Of a stretch of 64,000 nucleotides of DNA, positions 14,201 through 28,889 are shown piece by piece. Both the position numbers and the translations under genes were made by a program. The stretch spans positions 60,574,001-60,638,000 of the forward strand of contig NC_092357.1 in the NCBI RefSeq assembly GCF_963676685.1, read 5' to 3'. The notes below the pieces were generated by a model. It saw nothing but the letters and a program-made list of their open reading frames with translations, had not been told where the DNA came from and ran no database searches. Position 1 is the first letter of the stretch. The number at the start of each line of letters is the position of its first letter. This DNA is from Mytilus edulis. Its lineage: Eukaryota.

Positions 14201-14903
14201 AGACGAATTAGAAGACACGGATTTGCCACAAAGTTTAAAAGTAAGAGAAATCGACGTAGCTATGGCGATTAGATTTAACAAATGGCCGAAACAAGCATCG
14301 GGTTGGTTGACTCGTGAACGAAAATGGCCAAACAAGTCTTTATTAAAAACCGCAGTAGATGAAGGTTTTCACGTGGTTGCAAAATCAAGTACTGAAGACA
14401 TTACTAACTATGAATGGAAGATGTCATTTGCAAGAGTGGATTGTATTTTATTAAAATCCATTCCAAATACTTCACAATGTAAACATTGTTATAGAATTTT
14501 TAAATGTTTCGTCAAGTATCACTTGTCTCACCCGAAGCTTGTTTCAACTTACCATTGTAAGACAATTTTTCTATGGACACTTGAACGATTTCCGCCGGAT
14601 ACATGGACAGAAGACAATTTAGGTCATAGATTTCTAGGTCTTCTCGATAGTCTTTTGCATGCCCTTGTAATGCGCCAGTTACCTCAGTACTACATCCCGT
14701 CGGATAATTTGCTAAATAAATTTAAAGATAAGACAGATTTTGTGGACACAGTTTGTCAAAAACTTTCCTACATTCGACGAAATCCATTCAGTTACATTTA
14801 TAGATTAGGAACTAACGCCTGGGATGATGAAATGCAAGGTTTTACTATTGAAGAAATGATTCATTGGAATGAGAAACCAGAGAAAGACCGTTATCCAACG
14901 TAA
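11261..14903 (+). CDS. cGAS-like receptor (cGLR) / Mab-21-domain nucleotidyltransferase, ~444 aa
   Basis: Exons 11261-11263 (ATG|gtacgt, tentative), 12194-12386 and 13765-14903 sum to 1335 nt in frame. Motifs: AGSRAEG...QADSDFMYE (GS plus DxD), REIDVAMAI (third acidic residue), WPKQASGWLTRERKWP, GFHVVAK, EWKMSF, STYHCKTIFLWTLE, LPQYYIPSDNLL. Confidence 0.9.
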
Positions 14904-16484
14904 GTGAATAATCAATTTTGTTATTTGCTGGTGTCCATTATTCTTCGCATTTCGGTCTTTATTCAACTTTTTTCCAAATTGTTTTTTTTTTCCTCAAGAA
15001 AACCCAAAAAGGACTGGAATTAAATTAAATGCACATGTCTTTAAATTTCCTGTACAATGTTGTATGACACATGTACATGTCAATGCTCCCACTGATTAAC
15101 CAAACTTGGGAATGAAAACTATTGAAGAAATCTCCGTGCAAAAATCAATTAAACATTCTACAAAACAATTTGAAAAACCTTTTAATGGTATAATGAAAAT
15201 TTTGGGAAATGGTTTCCAACAAAATTGGAAATGATGCATGCAACATTGAAGATTACCATTCATTCGGATTCAGATCTGGCTTAAATGCTTACTTTTAAAA
15301 AAATTAGAAAATTTGCGAGAAATACAAACACTCTCATTGTTGTACGAAATGGCAAAGCATATTTTCTCATATGATACAAAATGGTAAAGAATTTTCCATA
15401 TGGTATGAAATGGTTTGTTATGGCACAATTTGGTTTAATTGTCATGATACGAAATGACAAATTCATTGTACGAAATGGAAGTTCTGAGTCGGAAGTGGTA
15501 ATGGTACAAAATGACTAGATACCAGACCAAACAATTATTAGTTTAAGAAAAAACAAAACTTTCAGAGTTTCATTTATTTTAATATCTAAGAAGGAAAGGT
15601 TACTTCAGACTCTGCTTAATGACTAATGTTTCTTAGAATTAAATATGAAATCATGCATTCATTTAGAAACCAAAGGGGAAAAAAGGTGATAAAAATGAAT
15701 AATTCTGTACCCTAGTATTCTTTTTACACAAAACAGGAATTTTAACCAATATAAGTTGTAATATAATACGATGGCAATCACGATCAAATAACGGTCAACT
15801 CTAATTCTTACTTTCGAGTGTATGTCAGGCTTTCAAATCACAATTTACTATGTTTTTCAGAATCACGATAGTGAAATTCACTTATTTTGAAATAACAGGA
15901 TTTAAAGCGCGTTTATCAAGATTATAATTATAAAGCCGATTATTTAAACCAAATCAGAATGAGAACAATTTCCAACTCTATCTGTGAAATCACAACCGAA
16001 TTTAAGTTGACATTTGCCTGATATATAAACTGCTCATTCGTTAATAAGTTTCTGAATGAAAATCGTGTAATTTAAAAGAAATGAAACTCAATACTTCTCT
16101 AATTATATGTATATATGTATGGTATGTCAACATTTTGTATTTTATTTCTTTTAGGGCAGAACAGGACATATTTTATGAACGAAATCAAGATACAGAAAAG
16201 TAACACAATCTTATTATGGGAACTATGGAGCGCTAAAACATAAACGCATTTTTTTTTTACTTTATGCATATGGCATGGTAAATGTAATTACCGAAAGGCA
16301 AACCACATTAAACCAATCGGACTAATGAATACAAAAAATGGGACAAAGCGGCCATTATTATTCAGTATTAAAATCCCCATGGAAATACTCTTACTAGTGG
16401 CGCTTAATCTTTTTTTTTCTCTATAAACAATTATGAACTTCGTCTTTGTTTTCCTTGGATAACCAAAAACGGCAAAATTTCCTT

Positions 16485-16860
16485 AGAGGCAGCAACCCAA
16501 CAACGGGTTGTCCGATTCATCTGAAAATGTCTGGGCAGATAGATCTTGACCTGATAAAAAATTTAATCCTGTCAGATTTGCTTTAAATACTTTGTTTTTG
16601 AGTTATAAGCCAAAAACTGCATTTTACCCCTATGTTCTATTTTTAGCCATGGCGGCCATCTTGGTTGGTTGGCCGGGTCACCTGACATATTTTTTTTTAA
16701 ATTAGATACCCCAATGATGATTGTGGCCAAGTTTGGTTTAATTTGGCCCAGTAGTTTCAGAGTAGAAGATTTTTGTAAAAGTTAACAGACGACGCCGGAC
16801 GACGACGACGACGGACGACGGACGCAAAGTGATGAGAAAAGCTCACTTGGCCCTACGGCT
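16485..16860 (+). mobile_element. Helentron-associated (HINE/DINE-like) non-autonomous element, 3' part
   Basis: (GAC)n/GACG microsatellite followed by the terminus gtgatgagaaaagctcacttggcc; homologous to 18990-19572. Confidence 0.6.
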
Positions 16861-17735
16861 GTTCATAGTAGATAGGGAGTGTAATAAACTTCTTATCTCC
16901 CTATCTTAAATTAAACGCGTAACCTTGTCTGCTTTGAGTGTTTGTTATAAATATTTATATTTAAAATTGAAAAGTGTCAGGGTATTTCATCTGGTCCGGT
17001 CGAGATCAGTAGTCTTAAAAACAAAACATAATAAATAAATTGGAAGGAACCAGCACTAAAAAAGAGCTATACTCAACAGCTGACCCTGACAGAGCAAGCT
17101 GCGACCTTCAACGTCTACCAATTTTTAGGCTAGTTGGTATGTTTTTTATGAATAATACAACGAGATCATGTGTGTTTGTCAATTAAACAACAAAAGAACC
17201 AACAAAAGAACCAAATGACTTAAAGTGTTCAACAATAGACATCATTGACAAATTAATAACATTAGTCAAGTATCAATCAAACAAAAAAATGAATCTGCTA
17301 AAATTTTTAATTGCTAGGAAGACTTATAAAAGAAAAATAAATACATACGAAAAATTAAAAAACAGAAATACAGGAGCAACAGCTTACTTTGATATTATGT
17401 TAAAAAAAGAGAAAAAAACACACCATAAAATAAAATAAAAAAACAACAACAAAACGAATAAACCAACAACAACATTACCCGAACAAACATATCAACAATG
17501 CACAACAAAACGTACAAAAGACACTCGAAGCTACTCAAAACAATATCGGTTTTTAACTGACTTCAGAGTTGTTATGTCTTATAAAGCAGAGGCTCTTAAC
17601 AGCATGTGTCGCTCAACTTGGTTCATGTGCATATTCAAGAAAGAACACTCTCCAACATTGTAGACAAGAATTCAGTTCATGACAAAAATCTGTTTTGTTG
17701 ATCTTCTGACACATCTTTGAAACTTAATACCTTTA

Positions 17736-18323
17736 GGTGTCTCGGGTGTCTTCCGCCATCTTTAATTTTGAACAAGCAGATAACTTCGGTCTAGATTTGA
17801 TGAAATGTGCAAATTTTGAGAGTTGTATGTCATTTATGTAAAAGACTTTTGATATAATATAGAAAATTGTGTGTTTTATCATAATTACAGTTGTAAATTC
17901 CCCAAAACACCTTGTTTGTGTTTAATCAGATTTTCTTCAACTTTGCCAAATAAAAGGAGATAACTCAAATAAAGTATTTTTTATGATAGAAAGTGTTATG
18001 AATTTATCTACTTTGACCTGTAGCAAGAAAACAAGTTCGATGACCTTTTTTTCTTTTTCTTATCTGAAAGAATGTTATCAGAGCAATCTTCTCACTTTTT
18101 ATCTTAAAGTTCTTAAAAAACGTTTTCTTTTTATCACTCAAAATTTGATTTTCCGTGCATAATTATTACAAAATCTGACAATTTTGCACAACTTGTAGCG
18201 TGAAAAAAAAGTCCCGTGACCCATACTTTTTAAAATCTTTTTGAAAAGAAAGCATGATAAAAACTTCATTTTGACAAGTTATCAAAAAATTCTATCAATT
18301 TTAAGTAAGACGCCCTAGCCACC
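17736..18323. mobile_element. Kolobok-like MITE with degenerate TIRs
   Basis: TTTA|GGTGTCTCGGGTGTCTT ... AAGACGCCCTAGCCACC|TTAA. Confidence 0.6.
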
Positions 18324-18329
18324 TTAATA

Positions 18330-18570
18330 GTCATTACTGTTTGCAAAAGCATGAATTATTCCACATAATAAGGATGTTCTTATCCCAGACAGAAAACCCA
18401 AGACGTATTGGTCACCACCTTTTGGGAACTTTTGGTCCTCAGTGCTCTCCGACTTTGTAATGCTTTTGGTTTTGGTTTTTAAACTTTCGTCATCCGAGCG
18501 TCACTGGTTGGTCTTGTGTAGACGAAACGCACGTCTGGCGTATTAAATTTTAAACTTGGTACCTTTTGTT
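18330..18570 (+). mobile_element. Hammerhead-carrying repeat, subfamily B, with a mutated core
   Basis: From 18498: gcgtca-CTGGTTG-gtct(tgtgt)agac-GAAA-cgcacg-TC-tggcgt; the CUGAUGA core is disrupted. Confidence 0.7.
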
Positions 18571-18989
18571 AGCTATTATTCGTGCGTTTCTCTGTCCTAT
18601 ATTTTCTCCCATTTATTTGTATTGTAATCCTGTTATGTAAAGTTGTCATATTAATGATATAGTTGTCATTGCCATTAAAGCGAAATGTTTGGCATGCCAG
18701 AAAACCAGGTTCAACCCACCATTTTTCTTAAAATGTCCTGTACCAAGTCAGGAAAATGGCCATTGTTATATTATAGTTCGTTTCTGTGTGTGTTATATTT
18801 TTATGTTGTGTTTCTGTTGTGTCGGAGTTCTCTTATATTTTATTGAGTTTTCCTCAGTCTTAGTTTGTAACCCGTATGTTCTCAATCAATTTATGAATTA
18901 TGATCAGCGGTATACTTCTGTTGCCTTTATTTATTTGCCAAGTTTGTTCTTTTTTTGTTTGTTTGTTTTTTTTTTTGTCTCAGTAGCTT

Positions 18990-19572
18990 CAGATGGGAAA
19001 ATTACAATCATTTACGACCAATTGTAAAGAGAAATTACAAAACAGTGCAACAACTCATTATGGGGTCAATTGACAATCTCCGTCATGTTATCCTTGTTCT
19101 TAGATCTACTTTGCTGAATAGTATTGCTGTTTACAATTTATCTCTATATATTATAGTATTCAAAATGATAACCCAAAACAGCAAAATTTCATAAAAAAAA
19201 ATATAAATTCAGCAACAGCAACCCAACGACTGGTTGTCTGATGTGTATGTAAATATCAAAGCAGACAGATCTTAATCTGGTTAACATTTTGATTTTAGTC
19301 ATATTTGCTCTAAATGCTTTAGTTTCGGAGGTATAAGCCCAAAACTCTAACTTACCCATATGTTCTATTTTTAGACATGGCAGCCATGTTGGTTTGTAGG
19401 ACATATTTTTTAAAGTAGCTATCCCAATAATGGTTGTGGCCAAGTAGTTTCAGAAAATGTTTTAGAAAAATTAACGGACGATGCACAATGACGACCACTA
19501 CAACGACGACGACGACGACGGACATCAAGTGATGAGAAAAGCTCACTTGGCCAATTTGACCAGTTGAGCTTA
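18990..19572 (+). mobile_element. HINE/DINE-like non-autonomous element
   Basis: (GAC)n tract at ~19490-19523, then the terminal hairpin agctcacttggcc...gaccagttgagct followed by an A-run. Confidence 0.6.
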
Positions 19573-19724
19573 AAAAGGTTATAGTTAACTATGTTTGTTA
19601 TTATTCTAATTTTATTCTATTTGGGTTTAGTAATGACCATAAAAACAATATTTGAAATTTCACTTCACAATATTTTGTATATACTTTGTTTTCAATAGAA
19701 AGAAATAATATTCCAAAAAATGTT

Positions 19725-22700
19725 TTACAACAGATATATTAATATGGAAACTTTGATTGTCAGAAGACTTATGACCTCTTTCTGTGTATGCGTAACTGCT
19801 CCAGAATCTGAAATATATAAAAACATCTTCAGGTTATATTTATCCAATATATATACAATATTAGGTCAATGTCAGGAAAATATAAACTTTTTTGTATAAG
19901 GGCTAATAAACTGGAGAAGAGACAAGTTCTAATATTGTTTTTATACTGCAACTTAAATTAATACAGTGATAGCTTTTTAAATCATAACACAAATGTCAAA
20001 CTTATTTTCAATGGACCCCTGATTGTACATGTTGAGAAAGTGTCCCATGATGAAAATAACATTATACAACATACAGTCATGTAACTATATTTAGGAAATA
20101 AACTAGTTGCAGTATACTGTAGTTTACTGTATGCTACCATTTGTTAACCTACCATTGCATATTATCCTGAAAGTCTTGAAAGTTTCTCAAATAAAAAATT
20201 GAAATGTTATATAAAACATATTTTGTGTACCTTTTTGTATTGGTTTTGTTTGATGAAATTAGTGTTAAAGACAGAACTGTATAATAGTCTCGGGCTAACT
20301 TATAGAGGAATGATGGGAAAGAAAAGGGTTATACTTAAATATGGACAAATATTACATTATTTATTTTCAAGGTAGGATGTACTTACCAACATTAATAACA
20401 TCAATCCTGCTTGTTGTTGTTGTTAATTGCGTCGTTGTGGCTGTCGAGGCTGTTATTTGGATTTGTGAAGAAGGAAATGAGACGTTGTTTGTTATTGAAA
20501 AGGATGGTTGCACGTAAATCGTTTGAGTTGGCATAATAATGTCAGTAGATTGTATCATATTATTGTTAGTAGATTGTAGTGTATCACTACTCAACAATAC
20601 TGCTAAACTATTTACAGAATATCTGGTAGAAGATGAAGGCATATAACTCCTTTCTGGAGGCGTGTGTTTGCTGGATTTCGATGACACTATACTGTTGGGA
20701 AAAGTTGCCTGATCAAAAGTAATGTAGGTCTGCACGTGATCGCTTAAAGATGGCACTTGATGACCTATTGGCATATTACTGCTGTGGAGGGGTAGCACGT
20801 AACTAGACGAACGATATTCGTAGATAGTTTGGCTCGGTTTTGGTATACCTGATATAGTTGCCTGATGCTGTTCAGAAATGCTAATTGGATGTGGTATTTT
20901 ACTACTATCAGACTGAGACGCCTGGTCACTTAATGAAGGAAAAACAACGACTGTTGTGTGTTCCAATGGATCACTCGATATGGAACTGTCAAGCGAGCTA
21001 CCACGGTCATTAGTTGTATTTTTTAGCTGTGCAACTGATGTGGTTTTTAAATATGATGCGCAAGAATGACAACATTCAACTTGTACGAGATGGCAATCTT
21101 TTGGAGAGTTGGTTACTACATCTGTGCATGACCAGCCGTAAGAAGATACTGGTCCAAAAACATCTCCATACAGACATGATTCTAAAAACAAAATTTTACA
21201 ACAGTAATCATACCTTTTTATAATTACTCAATTGAAGATAATTTTTGAAATCGTATACTTGCATGAATATTTTGTCAATATTTTTTTTTCAAATTTAAAA
21301 CATGTATAAAACATTATGAATACATGAAATACTTGCGTAAGCAAGGATTATATTAAATCTTGATCTGTATACCATTAATTTCGTGTAAAACCAAAACAGA
21401 AATTTCAACTGGAAACAAGTTCATATCAATAGTGACTTTATAATAACTTGCTTACCCTTCCGGAGTACCTAAGATCACCCCCAGTTTTTTTTAGGGGGTT
21501 CGTGTTGCTCAGTCTTTTGTTTCTAAAATGTGTCATGTGTACTTTTATTTCATGTATGTCTTTCTCATGTTTTATCCATGGCGTTGTCAGTTTATTTTCA
21601 TTTTATGAGTATCTTTCGCCCCTCTTTTATTATAATCCCAAAATAAATATAGAGTGCTAATCGGTATATATATTTAGGTGGTAGTAGTTAAACGTTATTC
21701 AAATCTTGTAAATCAATGATAAAACAGATAAATCAAGTTAACAAGCAAAAACCAACCACCGAGGGAATCACAGGAACTCTATGAGCTTAATCGAGTGTTG
21801 CTTGGGTTAATGTTTCTTACTTCTGGATAAACAACAAGAACTCAATTTGTGTCTGGAAACATCCATCGATCGGTGAACAAACGAAGGGACAAAAAAGAAA
21901 ATCAATATATGCTACCATTTATGAGCATATTATGATTTTAGAAATATTTTGTTTGTGTTACTATTATTTACCTCAATAAGTATGTGTAAAGAACATGTCA
22001 AAAGAAGATATGATATGAATGTCAAATTGACAACTGTTCACAAGAAACCAAATACATTTGCAAGTTCATTTTAATCGCATACTCACCGTCTCCTGAAGGT
22101 GCTTTCGAATCCTTGGTGCATATTCCAGACATACACCACTAAAATAGACAGAAACATCATACATAACTAAATTTGAAATAGTTATCAAAGGTACCAGGAT
22201 TATAATGTAATGCGCCAGATGCGCGTTTCGTCTGCATAAGACTCATCAGTGACGCTCAGATCAAAATAGTTATAAAGCCAAACAAATGCAAAGTTGAAAA
22301 GCATTTGTTTAAACTGAATATTATCAAAGGTTAATGGTGGTTATGTAAATGGAATAAAGAGCTGCGCCATGAATGCATTATAGGCCTACCTCAAGAAACA
22401 TTGATAGATATTTGCCTACTCTTTTGGTAGAACTGGTACGATATAAATTTTATTATATCAACTGAATCCAAATTATTCTCACAATAAACTACAAAAAATG
22501 TACTATGTTTGTTTGGTTAATCATGCAATTTGGTCCATTTAACAGAACTATTATCATCTTTCATACAATTGGGAGGTTTGGTAAGATATAAAAAGAGGTT
22601 TTCCTCTCCATTTTTTTTCGGACAATGCCTGAACAAAGTCAGGAAAAGGTCCGTTGTTTTACTCGTTCCGTTGATTAAAATGTTTTGAAAATACCTTTTA

Positions 22701-25700
22701 AATAGATTTTTTTTTTAACTTTTTTGAACTGATGAGTTACCTTGATATTCCCACATAAGGTTCCATCTAATGCTGAAGCTGACCCACATGATGATGAATT
22801 GGCGGGATTTGAGCACCACATTGTCTTGCAAATGGATGTAAAGTCTCCTTGATATAGTTCCTGTGATCAAAATAAGACTGTTTAATAAAGACGTAATTTA
22901 TAATTTTAGGTAAACAAAACATGAGCCAACAAAAATATGAACACGATATCAGATGACGTCTTATGCATTCTAGTTAAAGTAGAACATTCCTGGAATTGGG
23001 GAGAGGTATAGGGGCCATTTCATATGGTGCTATACAATACCCCTAAAATTAACTCTTACATGTATCTCAATGATGTGCATTAAATCAGCGATATGTCACG
23101 GTGCGGCCTAAGACAATGAACAAAAGCCCTACCGCACAATAAGATATTTTCGGACAATATATTTTGACAGTTTAATTATGGCATGATATCTTAAAAAATA
23201 ATATTTTACTATCAAGGTTACAAACGTACAGGTAATATAAACAGGCATTGTTATTAGACCTCATCATGGATTATAATAGGTATACTCAGGAATCGGATTT
23301 TAAATAGTTGTCGTTTGTTGATGTAGTTAATAAGTGTTTCTCGTTTCTCGTTTTTTTAGAAAGATTAGACCGTTGGTTTTCCCCTTTGAATGGTTTGACA
23401 CTAGTCATTATCCGGACACTTTATAGTCTACTGTTCGGTTTCAGCCAAGGCTCCGTGTTGAAGACCGTACTTTGACTTAAAATGGTTAACTTTTACAAAT
23501 CGTGACTTGGATAGAGAGTTGTCTCATTGGCACTCATACCACATCTTCTTATATCTAAATAATCAGATTTTCACTCTGTAAATTGCTTATTTAAATAAAA
23601 AGGAGAAGCGTTTGAATCACATTACAGCTCATTGCTCATTATAAAACTTGTCATTTGGATAAAAGGTTTTGTATGTTGATTTTGTTTCACTTACTCGGCA
23701 CAAAAACGATCCTGCTCCTAAAATACTTTGACATTGGTCGTCCACACCCAATGTAAGTGGTGGCACGCTGCTGGTTGGAACGGGTTCTGTGTAACTAGTT
23801 GTTTCAACATTATTTGTATAAGTTGACGAGGGTTTTGAGGCAGTTGAAGTTTTTAAATGTAATGTACAAGAATGACAACACTTCATATGAATGGCACTGT
23901 TATTACAATATCTAGGAGAATTGTTCATCATGTCTGTACATGTCCAGCCGTTTTTAAATACTGGTCCTATCTTATCTCCATATAAACAGAATTCTATAAG
24001 ATATATTGGCATAATTACGTAAAATTTTGAGTAATGAATAATCATAAATGTGTCCGTATACGACAAAAGAGCAACTCCACTCAAAATGTTTCTTTTGATC
24101 ATTTGCATTTAAAGCAAAAAAAAATTGTTTTTATTTGAACGCCACTGACGAATCCTATGTATGATTAAAGAATTTTTGTATTAGTTTAATGTGTTCCCGT
24201 ACTTGTTTTGTATGCTCTTATCATGCTTATATATATTGCAGTTATCGATTTTTTTGCTAGTGAAAAAGCTGTTTATGTTTATTTTATTGTTAAATTTGTC
24301 TTGGAGGATAGTTGTCTCATATATTATCTCCTTATTTTCATAACTAACTCATAAAATCATAAGTCTTGTATCTTGATTAAGTTTTGAGTTTTTTATTGGT
24401 TTTTTTTTAACTAGTTCGTTTTAATTTTTATCAAAGACACCGATACCATTCTGATAAATTGGAAATGCAGACATTAGTAAATCTGAAAATAAAGGTTCTA
24501 CATTTGTTATATTTACAATATCATTTGAAATTGGAGATGATTCAAAGGTCAGAAGAATAGACTTATTCACGTCACTCACATAACAAAATCTCAACCACCT
24601 ACTTAGACGAGTGAATATTTTTATATAACATATATTTACGACATTTCTTTTTCTCAGCATTATAACGAAGCGGAATTTGTCAAAGTATAGAATTCGAAAA
24701 TTGATTGTGGATTTTTATTAGATAATTTGGAAAACAATATTATGTCATTTCTAGAATGTTTAAGGATTGCAACGGAAGAGTTAATAAGTGCATAAATGCA
24801 TTCTATGCATAAAGTAAAATCACAGAAATACCGAAAACTTTGAGGAAAATTCAAAACGGAATGCATGCATCATTCACAACTCCCTCTCCTTTACAAAATT
24901 GGAAAACAATGGTATAGTATATCGCAGATTTTGAACGAACCACGGAATACTTATCCGAATCATTTGACATCCATTAAGAAAGTGGAACGTTTTGGTTCGA
25001 ATAGATAAACTTACCATCACCTAGAGGTGCATTGATATCTGAGGTACATACTCCTGATATACACCACTAACGAAAAAGTAAATAGTTTAAAAAAAAGAAT
25101 ACAACATAGTACACGGATGCCTCACTCGCACTATCATGTTCTATTTTCAGTGGATGACAAAATTGGGCTCAAGACTCATTTAAATTAGAAAGATCGTGTC
25201 ATAGGAAACATCCGTACTAAATTTCAATTTGATTGGACTCCAATTTCATCAAAAACTCTAAAGCCAGAGACGGACGAACGGACGGGCGAACGGACGGACG
25301 GACGAACGAACGGACGCAAAGACAGAAAACATAAAAGCAATAAATGGGGCATAAAAACACTGTAACAAATTGACAGAAATATTTGATGAATCCAGTTTGT
25401 CAATTGACACTTGGCATTATGACCAGAAGTTTCCAAGTATGCAGGTGAACAGCAATTTTCGTTTTCATTTTTGACATGCAAATTTCATTTTGGAAATTTT
25501 GTAACTACTCTTTATATGTAAACTTGTGTTGTCAGATCGATCTTCGACTGTTTTTCTATTGCAATATGCATCTTTGATAATAATCTGTTAAATGTTGTTT
25601 ACGCAATAACTCCTAAATCCATCGTCTTGATTGTAATTAATAGCGATAACAAAGATTGCGAGTGTCCATTTATGGCTTGTTCTGATTTTATACATTTAAG

Positions 25701-28700
25701 AGGTGTGGAATGAATGCACTGTTAATTAATTTGTGTTCTTAAAATGTAAGGACATTTGGTATCCCAGAAATAAATTTAATTATTTTTACCAGTATTTGTT
25801 TACCGCACTTTGCATGCATTCATTTAAGGTTTATACTTTATTATACTGGATAAGACTGAATTCTAATATGACGTCCGTATTACGCTTTGTAGTCAGAACC
25901 GTGTTCTAATGAGCACAAAACATGTTTGAGACATGCGCACAAGTTTACTGTTTATATAAAAGTTATTTGCATCGTTATCCTATAAAATATATACATTCAA
26001 GTAGCTTACATAAACTTTTATAATATATGTTATATCGAACAACATATATTTATCCTGCTCGTATTTTCTAAACTTATCAAATATGAAATGTAATGCACAG
26101 ACTCCTCGGGGAGGACACGGGAACAGCTACACATTTTTACGGTATTTTCGTACGCTTCGACCTATAAAAATACTGTATTTGTCCTATTAGAATCGAAATA
26201 ATTCCTTCATGTCATGCTCTATGCTTATTTTAACATGGGTAGGCATTATATTTGACCACATTTTACACCTCGCTAACGCTCAGTGTAAAATATCGGCAAA
26301 TATAATGCCTACCCATGTTAAAATGAGCATAGAGCATGACATCTTAAATAGATTGTTTGGTGCGGACTTCCAATAATGCAATTTTATAACTTATTTGAGT
26401 ACAAAAATTAGCTTTATACGTTTAAGGTGGTACCTAACACTACAGGGAGATAACTCTGTAAAGTCAGCTTAACGTTTTAATTACATTGTGTTGTACAAGG
26501 AATATAAAGCTTCTCAATGATCAAAATTGGTGTTTGTCAAATTGCTATATAACCAGTGTATTTTTTCTGACAAAACGGTTGGTTCAAATTTTTTTAAATT
26601 TTTATATTTTTGTTTAAGTGTCAAAGTAAATACTTTGACCAAATTTTATGAAAATTAAACGAGCCAAATTTATTTTAGTGAAAGTGTTGGGTACCACCTT
26701 AAGGTAAAAAAAAAAAAAAAAAAAAAACATTAAGTTAATTTTAATCTGTAAAATACGTAAAATTTTCGTGGAATAGCTTAAATGTCTTAAATGTCTGAAA
26801 CATCATGAATAGTTACCTTGTGATTGCCACATAAAGTTCCGTCTGACGCCGACGCCCTGTAACAGGATGGTGAATTCGATGAACACCACAGTTTTGAACA
26901 TATAGATGAAAAGTTTCCTTTATATAATCCCTAATAAAAATAATAAAAAAAAAAAAAAAATTAATAATTTCAATTGTTTATCTCTTCTGTAATGTCCTAT
27001 ATCTGTGCGTACTATAAATCATTAAACATAAAAAATTAATTTTGAATTTTATAAGTAAAATGCTAATCACTAGATATTTTTTTACAAAACTCATTCATAC
27101 AATAAACGTACTCTGCACATAAAGGATCCAGCTCCTCTTGCACTTTCGCATTGCGCATCTACATCCGACAATTGGATCGGTTTATTCAACTTGTTTCCAG
27201 ATGGAGGAGTGACCAATGAAGTTGTATTTGGCAGCAGATAAGGTGCGCATGAGTCACAACATTCTCTCGGAACCTGTTGACATTTGTCATTATGATTCTT
27301 GGCGATTTCAGAGCAGTTCCAGTCTCGACTAGAAAATATCTTTCCTCTCCGGTCCCCATATAGACAGGAATCTATAAAAGAAACATAGTTTTAAATGGTT
27401 TCACCACCAAAACTTTGACTGTGAACTACAAAATATCTTTGTTTGGCCTTTTTAACTTTTTTGGATTCGAGCGTCACTGATGAGTCTTTTGTAGACGAAA
27501 CGCGCGTCTGGCGTATATATAAAATTTAGTCCTGGTATCTATGATGAGTTTATTTTGCCGTTACAAACACGATATACGCATTCAACAAAAATTTATTGAT
27601 GAATTTGATTCTGTGTACGTATTGCCCACTATCCATTGATACGATACTGGAGAACATTTAGTTTATATTATATACTTTTTATTAGAATTATCCTAATTAA
27701 GAATTGACCTTTGACAGTTTTAGATCGTCCACTAATGCCTTTTTAGAGGGGATACAATTTGCGCTTAAACGATGCCTAATTCATACCTTATCTGCGTGTT
27801 CTATAACATATGATTCTACTTGTTTGACTTTCATCAATATATGTATTATACTATAAAATTATATTTGTATCTTTTCAAGCTTTTGGTCTGTTTGAAACAC
27901 GTGACATGCACGTTGGCAACACATTTAAGCATACGCATTAGTCTTATGGACCTGTGAGAAAGAACATATCGTAAAGTAGTAAATATTTACACAAAAAAAG
28001 TATTTACGTATCGGCTTAACTTTAGAAATATATAATATAGAATAATTTGATCATTTTACCAGATACACTTGAATAATAAAAGAGATGTGTGAAATACAAA
28101 AAGGTGGGTATATTTTGTCTCTTTCTGATTAAATGTGTATGTACTGCCTATCATTCAGGAACAATTACGTGCAAGACCAGGAAGAGTACTGCATTAACAT
28201 GAGATGTTTTCATTTCATTTGCACTTAAACTAAACTTATTATAAATGCTTGTAATTGATGAATTTAACTAAGCAAGCGATTGGGACTAAAAAAAAGACAG
28301 TTTTGCTGTTGGTTCCCTTTTGGTCCCTAATGCGTCTATCTATCTATTAGCCAGATATACTTTATATGTCAAATTAAAGTAAAGGTTTTAATCATTTCAA
28401 AAACTGCATTTTATGATATCATTATAAGTGTACAACTTAAATGATATGTATTATTATCTTATTAGAACTTACTTTTCCCTTTGGGGGCCTTGACATCATA
28501 TACACAACTTCCAGTAACACACCACTAGAAAACAAAGATGTTTCAAAATGTCATATAGATGAAGGTAATTCATTATTGCCATAAGTTCATTTTAATCTAA
28601 CCGAAATGAAACACCGAAGTATCATACATTTTAATATCAGTGAAGTAACAAGCTTTATAATGTCCACTTTAGATGTCAGCAATATCTTTATGATTCTCTA

Positions 28701-28858
28701 TTAAAAGAACTCAAACCTTATTACAATAGGGTGTTACTCGCCAATTTTCATTTAATTTTCTTATTTAAAATACCATTTGGAATTACTGTACACGAACGGT
28801 TTTCCAAATTTTATATTAACCTCTGGTGATTTTTGCCGCTGTGAATATAATGGTTTCC

Positions 28859-28889
<31 letters not shown>

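Noticed and set aside
11261-14903. Bacterial CBASS CD-NTase or horizontal transfer
   Set aside because: The gene has spliceosomal introns and metazoan Mab-21 motifs, with no operonic effector.
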